Assembly (NCBI GenBank): GCA_045606425.1
Contig: JAZURV010000004.1
Location: 46,353-110,352, forward strand
DNA: 64,000 bases
DNA from: Candidatus Enterousia sp.
Lineage (GTDB): Bacteria; Pseudomonadota; Alphaproteobacteria; Rs-D84
Direction: 5' to 3'
Below the pieces are notes generated by a model, which was not told where the DNA came from, ran no database searches, and was given only the letters and a program-made list of their open reading frames with translations. How positions within the stretch are numbered: position 1 is the first letter of the stretch; each line of letters begins with the position of its first letter. Positions 47,094 to 56,571 of the stretch are shown one piece after another. Position numbers and translations under genes: made by a program.

Positions 47094-48827
47094 TTATAAC
47101 GGCATTTTAACTGCATCTGCCATATAGGCGACAAATTCAGACAAAGGTTTAACTTCCTGTCCGTCTTTGCCAAGATAACGCAGTGTGACCGTTTTGTCGT
47201 TCATTTCTTTTTCGCCAACAACTGCGATAATCGGTGTTTTTGCCAATGACAATTCGCGAACTTTGTAATTCACTTTTTCATCACGCAAATCGGCGCGCGC
47301 CATTATTCCGTTTTCACGCAAAGATTCAACAACTTCATTTGCATAATCCTTGTATTTTTCAGAAACCGGTGCAACAACAACTGGTTCTGGGGATAACCAC
47401 AATGGCAAATTACCACCTGTCGATTCCAGTAATACCCCCATAAATCTTTCGATTGAACCCAACATTGCACGATGCAACATAATTGGACGATGTTTTTCGC
47501 CATCTTCGCCAACATAGGTCAAATCAAATCTTTCTGGCAAATTCATATCCAATTGCACGGTACCACATTGCCATACACGTCCCATAGAATCTTTCAAATA
47601 GTTATCGATTTTTGGCCCATAGAACGCCGCGTCGTTTTCTGCGATTTCATATTCGATACCATTTTTATCCAATGCGTTTTTCAGTGCACCTTCGGCTTTG
47701 TCCCAAACTTCGTCGGAACCAATACGGAATTCTGACAACGGGCGCGTTGCCAATTTCATTGTGATTTTATCGAATCCGAATTTTCCATAAACATCTTTGA
47801 TAAAGCGCAATATTTTTACAACTTCGCTTTCCAATTGTTCTTCTGTGCAGAAAATATGTGCGTCGTCTTGGGTAAATTCACGAACACGCATCAAACCCGC
47901 CAAATCACCGGCTGCTTCTTGACCATTTACCTTGCCAAATTCAGATAAATACAGTGGCAAATCTTTATAAGATTTCATACCGTTACCAAACACCAACATG
48001 CCACCAGGACACGACATAGGTTTAACACAGAAAACCTTGCCATCTTGTGTTGTACCAGAATAATTATGTGCGCCATATTTTGCCCAGTGCCCAGATTTTT
48101 CCCACAAACATCTGTCCATCACTGACGGCGTAGAAATTTCTTGATAACCTGCCCTTTCTTGACGCGCACGAATGTATTCAATCAGTTTACGATAGATACG
48201 GAAACCTTTGTCATGCCAAAAAACTGCGCCCGGGGCAAATTCAGGTTCAAAATGGAACAAATCCATATCTTTACCAAGCTTTCTGTTATCGCGTTGGGCG
48301 GCTTCTTCCTGCATTTTCAAAAATTCAGCCAGTGCATCTGCATTTTCAAACGCATCGACATAAATTCTTTGCAACATTTTATTTTTGGAATCACCCTTCC
48401 AATATGCACCTGCGACATTACGGATTTTAAAACCGTCTTTTGGTAAATCCTTAGACGATGCAACATGCGGACCACGGCACAAATCCGTGAAATCACGGAA
48501 AGTATAAACAGACAACACTTCGCCATTTGCATCATATTCATTCAACCATTCCATTTTATAAGGTTGGTCTTTGAATATTTCTTTTGCTTCCGCCAATGAT
48601 ACTTCGCGTCTTTCAAAGCGACCGTCGGATTTAATCAAAGATTTCATTTCTTTTTCTATTTGACCGAAATCTTCTTCGCTGAATCTGTGTTCTGTGTCGA
48701 AATCATAGTAAAAACCGTTTTCAATCGCAGGACCGCCTGCAAATTTAACATCTGGATATAATTTTTTGACCGCTGCCGCCATTACATGAGCCAGCGAATG
48801 ACGAATCGTTTCTATTGGATAAGACAT
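47094..48827 (-). CDS. thrS: threonyl-tRNA synthetase lacking the N-terminal TGS domain
   Basis: Starts at the editing-domain motif RHSLAHVM..NGFYYDFD, followed by class II core motifs and a C-terminal anticodon-binding domain. Confidence 0.95.
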   Translation of the reverse strand: MSYPIETIRHSLAHVMAAAVKKLYPDVKFAGGPAIENGFYYDFDTEHRFSEEDFGQIEKEMKSLIKSDGRFERREVSLAEAKEIFKDQPYKMEWLNEYDANGEVLSVYTFRDFTDLCRGPHVASSKDLPKDGFKIRNVAGAYWKGDSKNKMLQRIYVDAFENADALAEFLKMQEEAAQRDNRKLGKDMDLFHFEPEFAPGAVFWHDKGFRIYRKLIEYIRARQERAGYQEISTPSVMDRCLWEKSGHWAKYGAHNYSGTTQDGKVFCVKPMSCPGGMLVFGNGMKSYKDLPLYLSEFGKVNGQEAAGDLAGLMRVREFTQDDAHIFCTEEQLESEVVKILRFIKDVYGKFGFDKITMKLATRPLSEFRIGSDEVWDKAEGALKNALDKNGIEYEIAENDAAFYGPKIDNYLKDSMGRVWQCGTVQLDMNLPERFDLTYVGEDGEKHRPIMLHRAMLGSIERFMGVLLESTGGNLPLWLSPEPVVVAPVSEKYKDYANEVVESLRENGIMARADLRDEKVNYKVRELSLAKTPIIAVVGEKEMNDKTVTLRYLGKDGQEVKPLSEFVAYMADAVKMPL

Positions 48828-49029
48828 AATAATACCTTCTTTGTTTATATATTTTATTAAATTGCTTGTTTATTATAATACGCGCGATATTTTTGCGCAA
48901 ATAAAAATCTATACCCCCAAAGGGGTTGTAGTAGTCAATGTCAAAAAGAATAATTTATAAATCATGACGGGTATTTTAGTATCATTTGATAAAAAAGTCA
49001 AAAAAAATCCGCCCAACGGGCGGACTTTT

Positions 49030-49983
49030 TTAATTCAAATCATTTATCAGGCTTTGAATTCTGTTTGTGCTTTCTTCATCATTCAACGCACTTGCTATCG
49101 CAAAAGCAGACGCCAAATCTGATTTAGCAGCATCTGTATTACCCAATTTCAAATTCAACGCCGCAGATTTTTCGAAATACGACATCGCACTGCTGGATTG
49201 TGCTTCGCGTTCTTCCTGGGTTGGCGCAGCCTGAATTTGTTCACTGATTACGCGCACAGCCGATGTGTAATCGTTGATTGCGCTTTGTAAATCACCCAAT
49301 GCAGTATATGCCTCTGCGCGTTCAGCATAAACATTCGCAGAAATACTGCCTTCGGCGCGCGCCAAAGAATTTGTATAATCAGCAATTGCGCCCTGCCAAT
49401 TTTTCAACCACAAATTCAATTGACCACGTTTTGCATACAAATCACGCAAATTCAGAACATCAGACGGTTTCATAGATTGCGCTGCCAATGCATTGTTGAT
49501 ATCAGATAACGCCGCATCATAATTTTCCAGACGGGTATTTAACAAAGAACGGTCATAGAACGCAACTGCATTCACACCGTCTATTTCCAACGCTGCGTCA
49601 AAATCTGCCAACGCTTTTTGATAATCACCTGTTTGCATATATGCTTCGCCACGCAAAGTATATGTATCAGACGCCGCATTTTCATCGATTGCAGCATTCA
49701 GGTCTGCAATTGCAGCCTCAATATCATTTTCAACTAATTTAACCTTGGCACTTTCAACATAGGCATTTGGTTGCAACAAGGCTTCTTCTGTGACGGTCAC
49801 ATTCGTACGCGGATGCATAAATTCATGACTGCGCCCCAAAATATAAAATGTCGCCGCGATAAAGAACAAAATAATAAACCAATACGCATAGATTGACCAA
49901 GACAAAACATTTGAAACATTATCAGATGTCACTGTCTTTTTTGCGGTGGCTGTTGTTTTAACTTTTTTTGTATTTTTTTTCAT
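49030..49983 (-). CDS. membrane-anchored TPR-repeat protein
   Basis: N-terminal TM followed by repeated A..DY..A....P-type TPR units. Confidence 0.7.
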   Translation of the reverse strand: MKKNTKKVKTTATAKKTVTSDNVSNVLSWSIYAYWFIILFFIAATFYILGRSHEFMHPRTNVTVTEEALLQPNAYVESAKVKLVENDIEAAIADLNAAIDENAASDTYTLRGEAYMQTGDYQKALADFDAALEIDGVNAVAFYDRSLLNTRLENYDAALSDINNALAAQSMKPSDVLNLRDLYAKRGQLNLWLKNWQGAIADYTNSLARAEGSISANVYAERAEAYTALGDLQSAINDYTSAVRVISEQIQAAPTQEEREAQSSSAMSYFEKSAALNLKLGNTDAAKSDLASAFAIASALNDEESTNRIQSLINDLN

Positions 49984-50013
49984 GGATATCTCCCTTCCCT
50001 GTTTATTTGGATT

Positions 50014-50712
50014 CTAGAAATTTTTTAACATCAGGTCAATCGTTTTTTTATCAACTGGCAAAACTTCCCCAACCCTAAGTTTTCCAAGGCTTACAATGCC
50101 ATAGGAAATACGATGCAATGCCTTTACCGGTGAACCAATATGTTTCAAAACGATTCGAATTTCGTTCTTTTTGCCTTCGACAACAGTTATTTTCAAATTG
50201 TGTTCGTCAATTTCATTTATCTTCATCGGGCGATATTTTATTCCATCAACACAAACACCACGCCGCGCCAGATTTAATCCCTGTTGTGTATATTTATCAA
50301 CCGTCGCAATATAAGTCCGTTCTATATGGTTTTGTGGCAAAGACATTTTACGCGCAAATTCCCCGTTATTGGTCAACAACAACAACCCTGTTGTTTTGAA
50401 ATCAAGTCGCCCAATATATTTCAAATTTTTATATTTTTTATCCAAAACATCATATATAGTCCTGCGCCCCATTGGGTCACGTGTTGTTGTCATTGTATTT
50501 ATTGGTTTATGGAAAGCGTATACTTTTATATCATCGTCTTTTTTTATCACTTTGCCATTTACAGAAACAACGTCACCATCATTCACAAAAAACACAGGCG
50601 TATCTACAATCACACCGTTCACAGCGACAGACCCTTTTTTAATTAAATCTTCTGCCCCGCGCCGTGATGCGACCCCAGAATCTGCGATAAATTTAGACAA
50701 TCTTTCATTCAT
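50014..50712 (-). CDS. S4-domain pseudouridine synthase (RsuA/RluB family)
   Basis: MNERLSKFIADSGVASRR S4 start at 50712, plus GRLDFKTTGLLLLTNNG. Confidence 0.85.
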   Translation of the reverse strand: MNERLSKFIADSGVASRRGAEDLIKKGSVAVNGVIVDTPVFFVNDGDVVSVNGKVIKKDDDIKVYAFHKPINTMTTTRDPMGRRTIYDVLDKKYKNLKYIGRLDFKTTGLLLLTNNGEFARKMSLPQNHIERTYIATVDKYTQQGLNLARRGVCVDGIKYRPMKINEIDEHNLKITVVEGKKNEIRIVLKHIGSPVKALHRISYGIVSLGKLRVGEVLPVDKKTIDLMLKNF

Positions 50713-51370
50713 GATATTCCAAGACCTTTGTAATCGCGACAACGGCGGCAGTTTCTGCACGCAATATTGTTTTACCAAGCGAAAGCCCAACAACACCTGC
50801 CCCGTCCATTTTTTCAAATTCAGAATCAGAAAAGCCACCTTCGGGACCAACCAGCAAACGATTGCCAGATATTTTTGTGTTTGCGTTTTCCATGCCATGC
50901 GCAAATCGTTCATCTGCGACAATTAAACCCGACAAATCCAAATCATCAAATTTAACAGGTTCCATTAAAACCGGCACAGAATTTCGGTTCGATTGTTCTG
51001 CGGCCTCTGCCATAATTTTTCTAATACGCGACCAATTTATATGATTTGCCACCGTGCGATTCGTTATAACAGGCACAAAAGTCCCCACCCCCATTTGCGT
51101 TGCCATATTTACCAATTCGTCTGTTTTTTTAATCGGCGCAAAATACAGAATTAAATCATTGGACGGGTCAAGATGTTGTGTCTGATTTTCAATCACAATA
51201 TATTTATTATCACTGGACAATCTGGCGGCAAATTCAACCCCGTTGTTAAATACCAAACAATCGTCCCGTCGCATTACGCGTCGCAGATAATGTACAACAT
51301 CTTTATCCACGGCAAAGGATTTTCCCACGGACAATTTTTCATCTATATAAATTCTTGGTATGTTTTGCAT
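50705..51370 (-). CDS. rsmE: 16S rRNA (uracil1498-N3)-methyltransferase RsmE
   Basis: PRIYID start and LLVGPEGGFS motif. Confidence 0.85.
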   Translation of the reverse strand: MQNIPRIYIDEKLSVGKSFAVDKDVVHYLRRVMRRDDCLVFNNGVEFAARLSSDNKYIVIENQTQHLDPSNDLILYFAPIKKTDELVNMATQMGVGTFVPVITNRTVANHINWSRIRKIMAEAAEQSNRNSVPVLMEPVKFDDLDLSGLIVADERFAHGMENANTKISGNRLLVGPEGGFSDSEFEKMDGAGVVGLSLGKTILRAETAAVVAITKVLEYHE

Positions 51371-51381
51371 TTTTTTAATCT

Positions 51382-53691
51382 TTGATGTGTCAAAGCCTTC
51401 TTTTTTATGATATAATAACAACCATGGCAATAAAGTTCAACATTTTATCAAACAGTGATTCTGGCAAGGGTTTAAAGATTTTTGAATCCAGCGCATACAA
51501 AGAACACGAACAAACACCCATGGCGCGAAAATTCTGGGAATTGCGCTGGGATGTTGGCATTTGGTTGGTTTGTGCACTGATGTTTGGTTTGTCTTTTGCG
51601 ATTGAACATGTCTGGCGATATGGATGGGGCCCGGCCAGTCAACACTGGGTGTCTATCTATATGAAAAATTTATTTATGACATTTGGGCTGTCCGCAATTG
51701 CAGAGGTTCCATATTGGATTATGCGAACGGTTCAACACCCTGATTTTGCGTCAATTACACCATTGTTGCCGATATTGGGGTATTTCCTTTTTGCAGACGA
51801 TACATTTAAATCTGAATTTAACCCGCACAGCAAAGACAGATATGACGAAAAATCTGCCCGCAAGGCAACCGCAGACGACATCAAAAAAATGGGTGCGGAC
51901 TACACGAACAAAGAGGGTTTATTCCATGGCTTTATGATGGTATTGGGGTATTTTAAATACAAAGGCAAACAAACCCCGCTTATGTTTGACGAAAGTTTGT
52001 CTGCGTTATGTTTGGCGCCTCCGGGAACTGGTAAAACCGAAGGGGTTGTTATTCCAACAATTCTTGATTGCGATAATGTGTCAATGATTATCAACGACCC
52101 GAAACCAGAATTGAAACAAAAAACATCTGCATATCGTGCAACGGTTGGTCCGGTGTTTATTATGAATTGGGCGGGTCAGGACGACCCAGAACGCGGGATA
52201 TATTATCCGTCATGGAATCCGTTATCCCCCGACCATGTTCCATACAACCCTGAACAGCGCGATTTGTATATTGATTCAATATGTAAAGTATTGGTTCCAG
52301 ATGCCAAATCTGGTAACGCCGACCCACACTGGGCAAATACTGGACGCGCAGGATTATCTGGTTTGGTGAATTTTATCGTGTCAAAGGTTGAACGTGCCAA
52401 GGCTGATGATTATTTCTATGCCCGTATAAACAACGGAACATTAAACAGCGACGATGCTGCATTATTGGGCGATTATTATTTATCCATGATGAACGACCCG
52501 AACGCGTATGCGGCATATTCCCTGTTACAGAAAGGCGAACTAAGCACATCGAATTATGTCCATGTTGGCACATGGGCAAATATCCCCGACGCATGGCGCG
52601 GTAAAGAGGCATCTTTTTCCATGATATTGGATTGGCTGACATCGTCCCAGGTTGCCATTGCCGAAGAAATGGAAGAACGCAGACGTCAGGGCGACCAAAT
52701 GGTTGTTATGGCAGACCCAATGAAAGATTTGTTATTAAACGCGGTTGATGAAGCGCGCAGATATTCATACGCAAACCGTGCCGTATCAGAATTGACCCAA
52801 TTGGCAAACACACCTGATAAAGAACGCGGTTCTATTCTTTCCACAATGATGGAAGGTCTGGCGATATTCCGTAATGCCGCGGTTCGCAACCGAACATCTC
52901 ATTCTGATTTTCATTTTAAAGACCTGCGTGGAATACGCGACCCGCGCGACGGAAAAATCAAACCAGTCAGTGTGTACCTGTCCATCAACATGGTTGATGC
53001 CCAGGCTTTAAATCCAATCACTGCAATCTTTATCGAATTGATGTCCAGTTATTTGTTGGCACACAACACGAACCAGGTTGTTGATGGCGAAAAAATGGGG
53101 CCATATCCGGTATTATTTGTTTTGGACGAAATGCCAAAAATGCAAAAACTGGACGCAGTTATCCAGGGGCCAGACCTGGGGCGCGGACAAAAAGTGTCTT
53201 ATTTAATTATCGGTCAAGATATTCACCAAATCAGCGAAAGATACGGGAACGATGCGGCATCTACAATTATTTCAACGACCGCGGCAAAAATCGTTCTGCG
53301 TCAAAACGACCCTGAAACCGCACGCATGTTTGCACAAATGATTGGTATGAAAATGACCAAGAAAGTCGAAGTCAAAGATGGCAAAGAAATTGAAACACCG
53401 AAAGAAGAACCCCTTTATACCGAATTCGACATTATGAAATTAGGCAAAGGAAAACAATTGGTTATTTACCAGGGCTGGTACCATCGCCCGATTGAGGCAG
53501 AACAAGTGTTCCAGTTTTATAACAAAACGCCTGTTGAACAAAAACTACACCAAAAAGTCATGATGGGCGAAGCGTCACCGTTACCAGAATTTTTAATTCC
53601 TATGCATCACGCAATTATGGGGTATTCGGGTACACCACGGGTTTTAAATCCAAACACCAATGAAATAAAAATATTGGAACCGCTGCATTAA
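51382..53691 (+). CDS. type IV secretion coupling protein (VirD4/TraG family), orphan
   Basis: N-terminal TM helices, Walker A APPGTGKTEG, Walker B VLFVLDEMP, and GQDIHQISERYG. The start may be the ATG at 51424. Confidence 0.8.
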   Translation: MMCQSLLFYDIITTMAIKFNILSNSDSGKGLKIFESSAYKEHEQTPMARKFWELRWDVGIWLVCALMFGLSFAIEHVWRYGWGPASQHWVSIYMKNLFMTFGLSAIAEVPYWIMRTVQHPDFASITPLLPILGYFLFADDTFKSEFNPHSKDRYDEKSARKATADDIKKMGADYTNKEGLFHGFMMVLGYFKYKGKQTPLMFDESLSALCLAPPGTGKTEGVVIPTILDCDNVSMIINDPKPELKQKTSAYRATVGPVFIMNWAGQDDPERGIYYPSWNPLSPDHVPYNPEQRDLYIDSICKVLVPDAKSGNADPHWANTGRAGLSGLVNFIVSKVERAKADDYFYARINNGTLNSDDAALLGDYYLSMMNDPNAYAAYSLLQKGELSTSNYVHVGTWANIPDAWRGKEASFSMILDWLTSSQVAIAEEMEERRRQGDQMVVMADPMKDLLLNAVDEARRYSYANRAVSELTQLANTPDKERGSILSTMMEGLAIFRNAAVRNRTSHSDFHFKDLRGIRDPRDGKIKPVSVYLSINMVDAQALNPITAIFIELMSSYLLAHNTNQVVDGEKMGPYPVLFVLDEMPKMQKLDAVIQGPDLGRGQKVSYLIIGQDIHQISERYGNDAASTIISTTAAKIVLRQNDPETARMFAQMIGMKMTKKVEVKDGKEIETPKEEPLYTEFDIMKLGKGKQLVIYQGWYHRPIEAEQVFQFYNKTPVEQKLHQKVMMGEASPLPEFLIPMHHAIMGYSGTPRVLNPNTNEIKILEPLH

Positions 53692-53709
53692 GTGTTCTAT
53701 AATACCCAT

Positions 53710-54906
53710 ATGCGAAAAATAATATGTTTATCAGTGGCGTTATTTTTGGGTGCATGTGCATCAACGATGCAATCACACCTGAACGATGTGCAAAACAATT
53801 TTGCAAATTCTAATTTTGCGACCACAGGCGATTCGTCCATTGAAAACCAAAGCAATCTGGATTTACTGATAAATGGCACTGCCCTATTTCTGGACAACAA
53901 ATACGAACAAAGCGATAAAACCTTTGAAGAATTTAATAAAAGAAATTTGAACGAAACATCAACATCTGTATCACGCGAAACCGCTGGTTTACTGTTTGGA
54001 CAAAGCGTGAATTCTTATAAACCGTATATGATGGATTCGTTATTTGTGTCTTATTATCAGTTGTGGGATTTATTGGCGATGCAGGATTGGGCTAATGCGC
54101 GCGTTGTTATAAACCAGTCCTATAAACGCCAGCAAGACATGTCAGTTGAATATAAAAAATTGATAGAAAACAACAAAAACGAAATCGCAACCGATTCGCA
54201 AATTTCTGAATTTATCGACAAAAATTCCAAAGATTGGTTGGCGTTTCGCGACATCATGAATCCAGCACTGATGTATTTATCTGGGATATATTTTTTGAAC
54301 GACGGGGATTTTGATAACGCAATAACATACCTGAAACGCGCGAACGGTATGATGCCGGAAAACACATATATAAAATCAGATTTAGAAATGGCACAACGGC
54401 GAATTCGCCCAACAAATACAACATGGGTCTTTACAGAAACAGGTTTTGCGCCACGCCTGCGCGAAGAAAACGCATCACTGTATCTGTTTGACCTGGGGCT
54501 GATTCAGTTTACTTTTTCAGATGCATATTTAATGCCAAATTACACAGTGCCAAAAAATTCACAAATGTTGGCGAATGTTGATGCGCTGTTCGCGACAGAA
54601 TACAAAGAATACAGAACGAACGAAATATTACGCGCCTATGCATCTGCGGTATCTAAAACAATGGCCCAGGCCGTGGCGTATAATTCCAATTCAGATTACG
54701 CACCATTGTTGGGCATAATGTCAACGATTTATACTGTGGCGTCAAACAACGCAGATGTTCGTACATGGGCAACATTACCGAAATATATTTATGTTGAACG
54801 ATATAAAAATAAAAACGAAAAAAATAATTTGATTTACATTCGTGAAATAAATGGAAAAATAACAAATGAAAAAAACATTAAACTAACCAAAGGAGAACGC
54901 AAATGA
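53710..54906 (+). CDS. lipoprotein, uncharacterised (COG3014-like by memory)
   Basis: Lipobox FLGACAS from the ATG at 53710. Directly abuts the T4CP stop. Confidence 0.55.
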   Translation: MRKIICLSVALFLGACASTMQSHLNDVQNNFANSNFATTGDSSIENQSNLDLLINGTALFLDNKYEQSDKTFEEFNKRNLNETSTSVSRETAGLLFGQSVNSYKPYMMDSLFVSYYQLWDLLAMQDWANARVVINQSYKRQQDMSVEYKKLIENNKNEIATDSQISEFIDKNSKDWLAFRDIMNPALMYLSGIYFLNDGDFDNAITYLKRANGMMPENTYIKSDLEMAQRRIRPTNTTWVFTETGFAPRLREENASLYLFDLGLIQFTFSDAYLMPNYTVPKNSQMLANVDALFATEYKEYRTNEILRAYASAVSKTMAQAVAYNSNSDYAPLLGIMSTIYTVASNNADVRTWATLPKYIYVERYKNKNEKNNLIYIREINGKITNEKNIKLTKGERK

Positions 54907-55508
54907 AGAAAATGATACCAATGGCACTTTGCCTGGCGTTGGCTGCGTGTGGTGGAACCCGCGTGGTTGATTTGAATGACCCAGACGAAGTAAATGCCAT
55001 GCAACATGTTATGGAATTGGAATATCGCGATTGGACAGCAACCGCTGAAAAAATGACCACATCCATGATAAATTCAGGCGTATTAAAATCACAACAAAAA
55101 CCAGTAATCGCGATTGGCAACATTGTGAATGACACAACACAGCGAATCGACACAGATATATTGACCAAAAAAATCCGCACCACACTGATGAAATCTGGCA
55201 ATGTACAAATCGCAACCAATTTTTCTGGCGAAGACACAACATCAGACAAAGTTCGCACACAACGCAACAATGCGGAATACGACCAATCCACAATCGCAAA
55301 GACAGGAACCCTGATTGCACCAAACATGTCACTGTCTGGAAAAATGATTCAAAGAAATTTGAAATTGGAATCGGGTTGGTTTTCATCGGTTGACACACGC
55401 GTAGAATATTATCTGCAATTGACATTGACCGATTTGAAATCAGGATTATCCATTTGGGAAGACGAACAACCAATTATCAAGGAAGGCAAAGACGCCCCAA
55501 CATGGTAA
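54903..55508 (+). CDS. LpoB/YcfM-like lipoprotein
   Basis: Lipobox LALAACGG. IAIGNIVNDT..ID...L and LSGKM..........YYLQLTLTDL pattern. Confidence 0.6.
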   Translation: MKKMIPMALCLALAACGGTRVVDLNDPDEVNAMQHVMELEYRDWTATAEKMTTSMINSGVLKSQQKPVIAIGNIVNDTTQRIDTDILTKKIRTTLMKSGNVQIATNFSGEDTTSDKVRTQRNNAEYDQSTIAKTGTLIAPNMSLSGKMIQRNLKLESGWFSSVDTRVEYYLQLTLTDLKSGLSIWEDEQPIIKEGKDAPTW

Positions 55509-55524
55509 ATCCGATAAACACCAC

Positions 55525-55551
55525 AAAAACCGCCGTATACGGCGGTTTTTA
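55525..55551. terminator. bidirectional intrinsic terminator
   Basis: AACCGCC-gtatac-GGCGGTT flanked by A- and T-runs. Confidence 0.75.
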
Positions 55552-55568
55552 TTACAGTAAAAAACAAA

Positions 55569-56321
55569 CTAATTATTCGGTGTGTTAAATGTCCAACCCG
55601 TAAAAACTTTGCCCGGTATATGTATTGCCGATTTTGGCGTTCTGATATCACCACCGTATGTGACAGAACCTGCGTCATTTGCCGCGATATCGCTTTGTTC
55701 TGTATTATCCCAATTTATCTGGATTGTGTTCCCGGTACATTCTGATGCACCATCGTTTGACCAATATCCTTCTGGGCATGCTTCGATACCAAAAGTCGTT
55801 GTATGAACGACCGACTGGTTGCTGGAATTACAAATAACCCCTGATTTCCCGGGACAATACGAACCCGCCGTACATACATTTATTTGGTTGTAATATGCAT
55901 ACGTACCACACGCCGTTCTGCCGCGTAAATAATAACCAGGTTCCACAGCATACCAATATGTCAACCATGTCCTGTCATATTCTTGAGTGACAGTGTTATA
56001 ATAAGCATAATCTACCAGCATCCCCCGCCTGTCTTTTAGATGACAAGAAATTCTGCAAGATTTTATACTATTTTTTCCGTTAGAATAACCATGACAACCT
56101 ATTATTCCTGTGACATCATAAATATCTGGAAATGTTGTCCGAATGTGTCCTTCAACAGATGGGCAATCGTATGCGATATCATCACCCGGGCAATATTTAA
56201 AATCCGGGCATTGTTTACACAAACCGTTATCATTATAATATTCTGCATCACACACGGCGGCAAATGCGCCATTGTTGAATATCCCCAACAAACAAAATAT
56301 TGCGAAAAACACCCGTCGCAT
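55569..56321 (-). CDS. Cys-rich secreted protein with conserved C-terminal B-repeat domain
   Basis: Signal peptide; many Cys (CKQCPDFKYCPG, CTAGSYCPG); C-terminus IQINW..DIAANDAGSVTYGGDIRTPKSAIHIPGKVFTGWTFN. Confidence 0.75.
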   Translation of the reverse strand: MRRVFFAIFCLLGIFNNGAFAAVCDAEYYNDNGLCKQCPDFKYCPGDDIAYDCPSVEGHIRTTFPDIYDVTGIIGCHGYSNGKNSIKSCRISCHLKDRRGMLVDYAYYNTVTQEYDRTWLTYWYAVEPGYYLRGRTACGTYAYYNQINVCTAGSYCPGKSGVICNSSNQSVVHTTTFGIEACPEGYWSNDGASECTGNTIQINWDNTEQSDIAANDAGSVTYGGDIRTPKSAIHIPGKVFTGWTFNTPNN

Positions 56322-56339
56322 AAAATCCCCCTTTTGAAC

Positions 56340-56515
56340 AAAAAACCACCGGAAAAATTCAGGCGGTTGGAGGCTAGTAACAATTCAGTACGAAATTGTG
56401 TGCTTATTTATATATATCGCAGCCCTCCAACCTGCTTTGGTTGGAGTTTTTTACGTCACATGGACGCGTACCGAAACGGGCTACTAGACCCCATCGGCAA
56501 AACCCTTGCCGACCT
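56340..56515 (-). promoter_or_regulatory. structured 5' leader RNA L3 (family of four)
   Basis: Promoter TTGTCA, 17-nt spacer, TAAAAT (-10 at 56520-56525). Helices as described in the findings. Terminator AACCGCC-loop-GGTGGTT-T6 lies 18 nt before the RBS and ATG. Confidence 0.7.
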
Positions 56516-56571
56516 TTGTATTTTATCAAAACAAATGTATTATGACAATAAAAAAACGGCGATTGCCGTTT

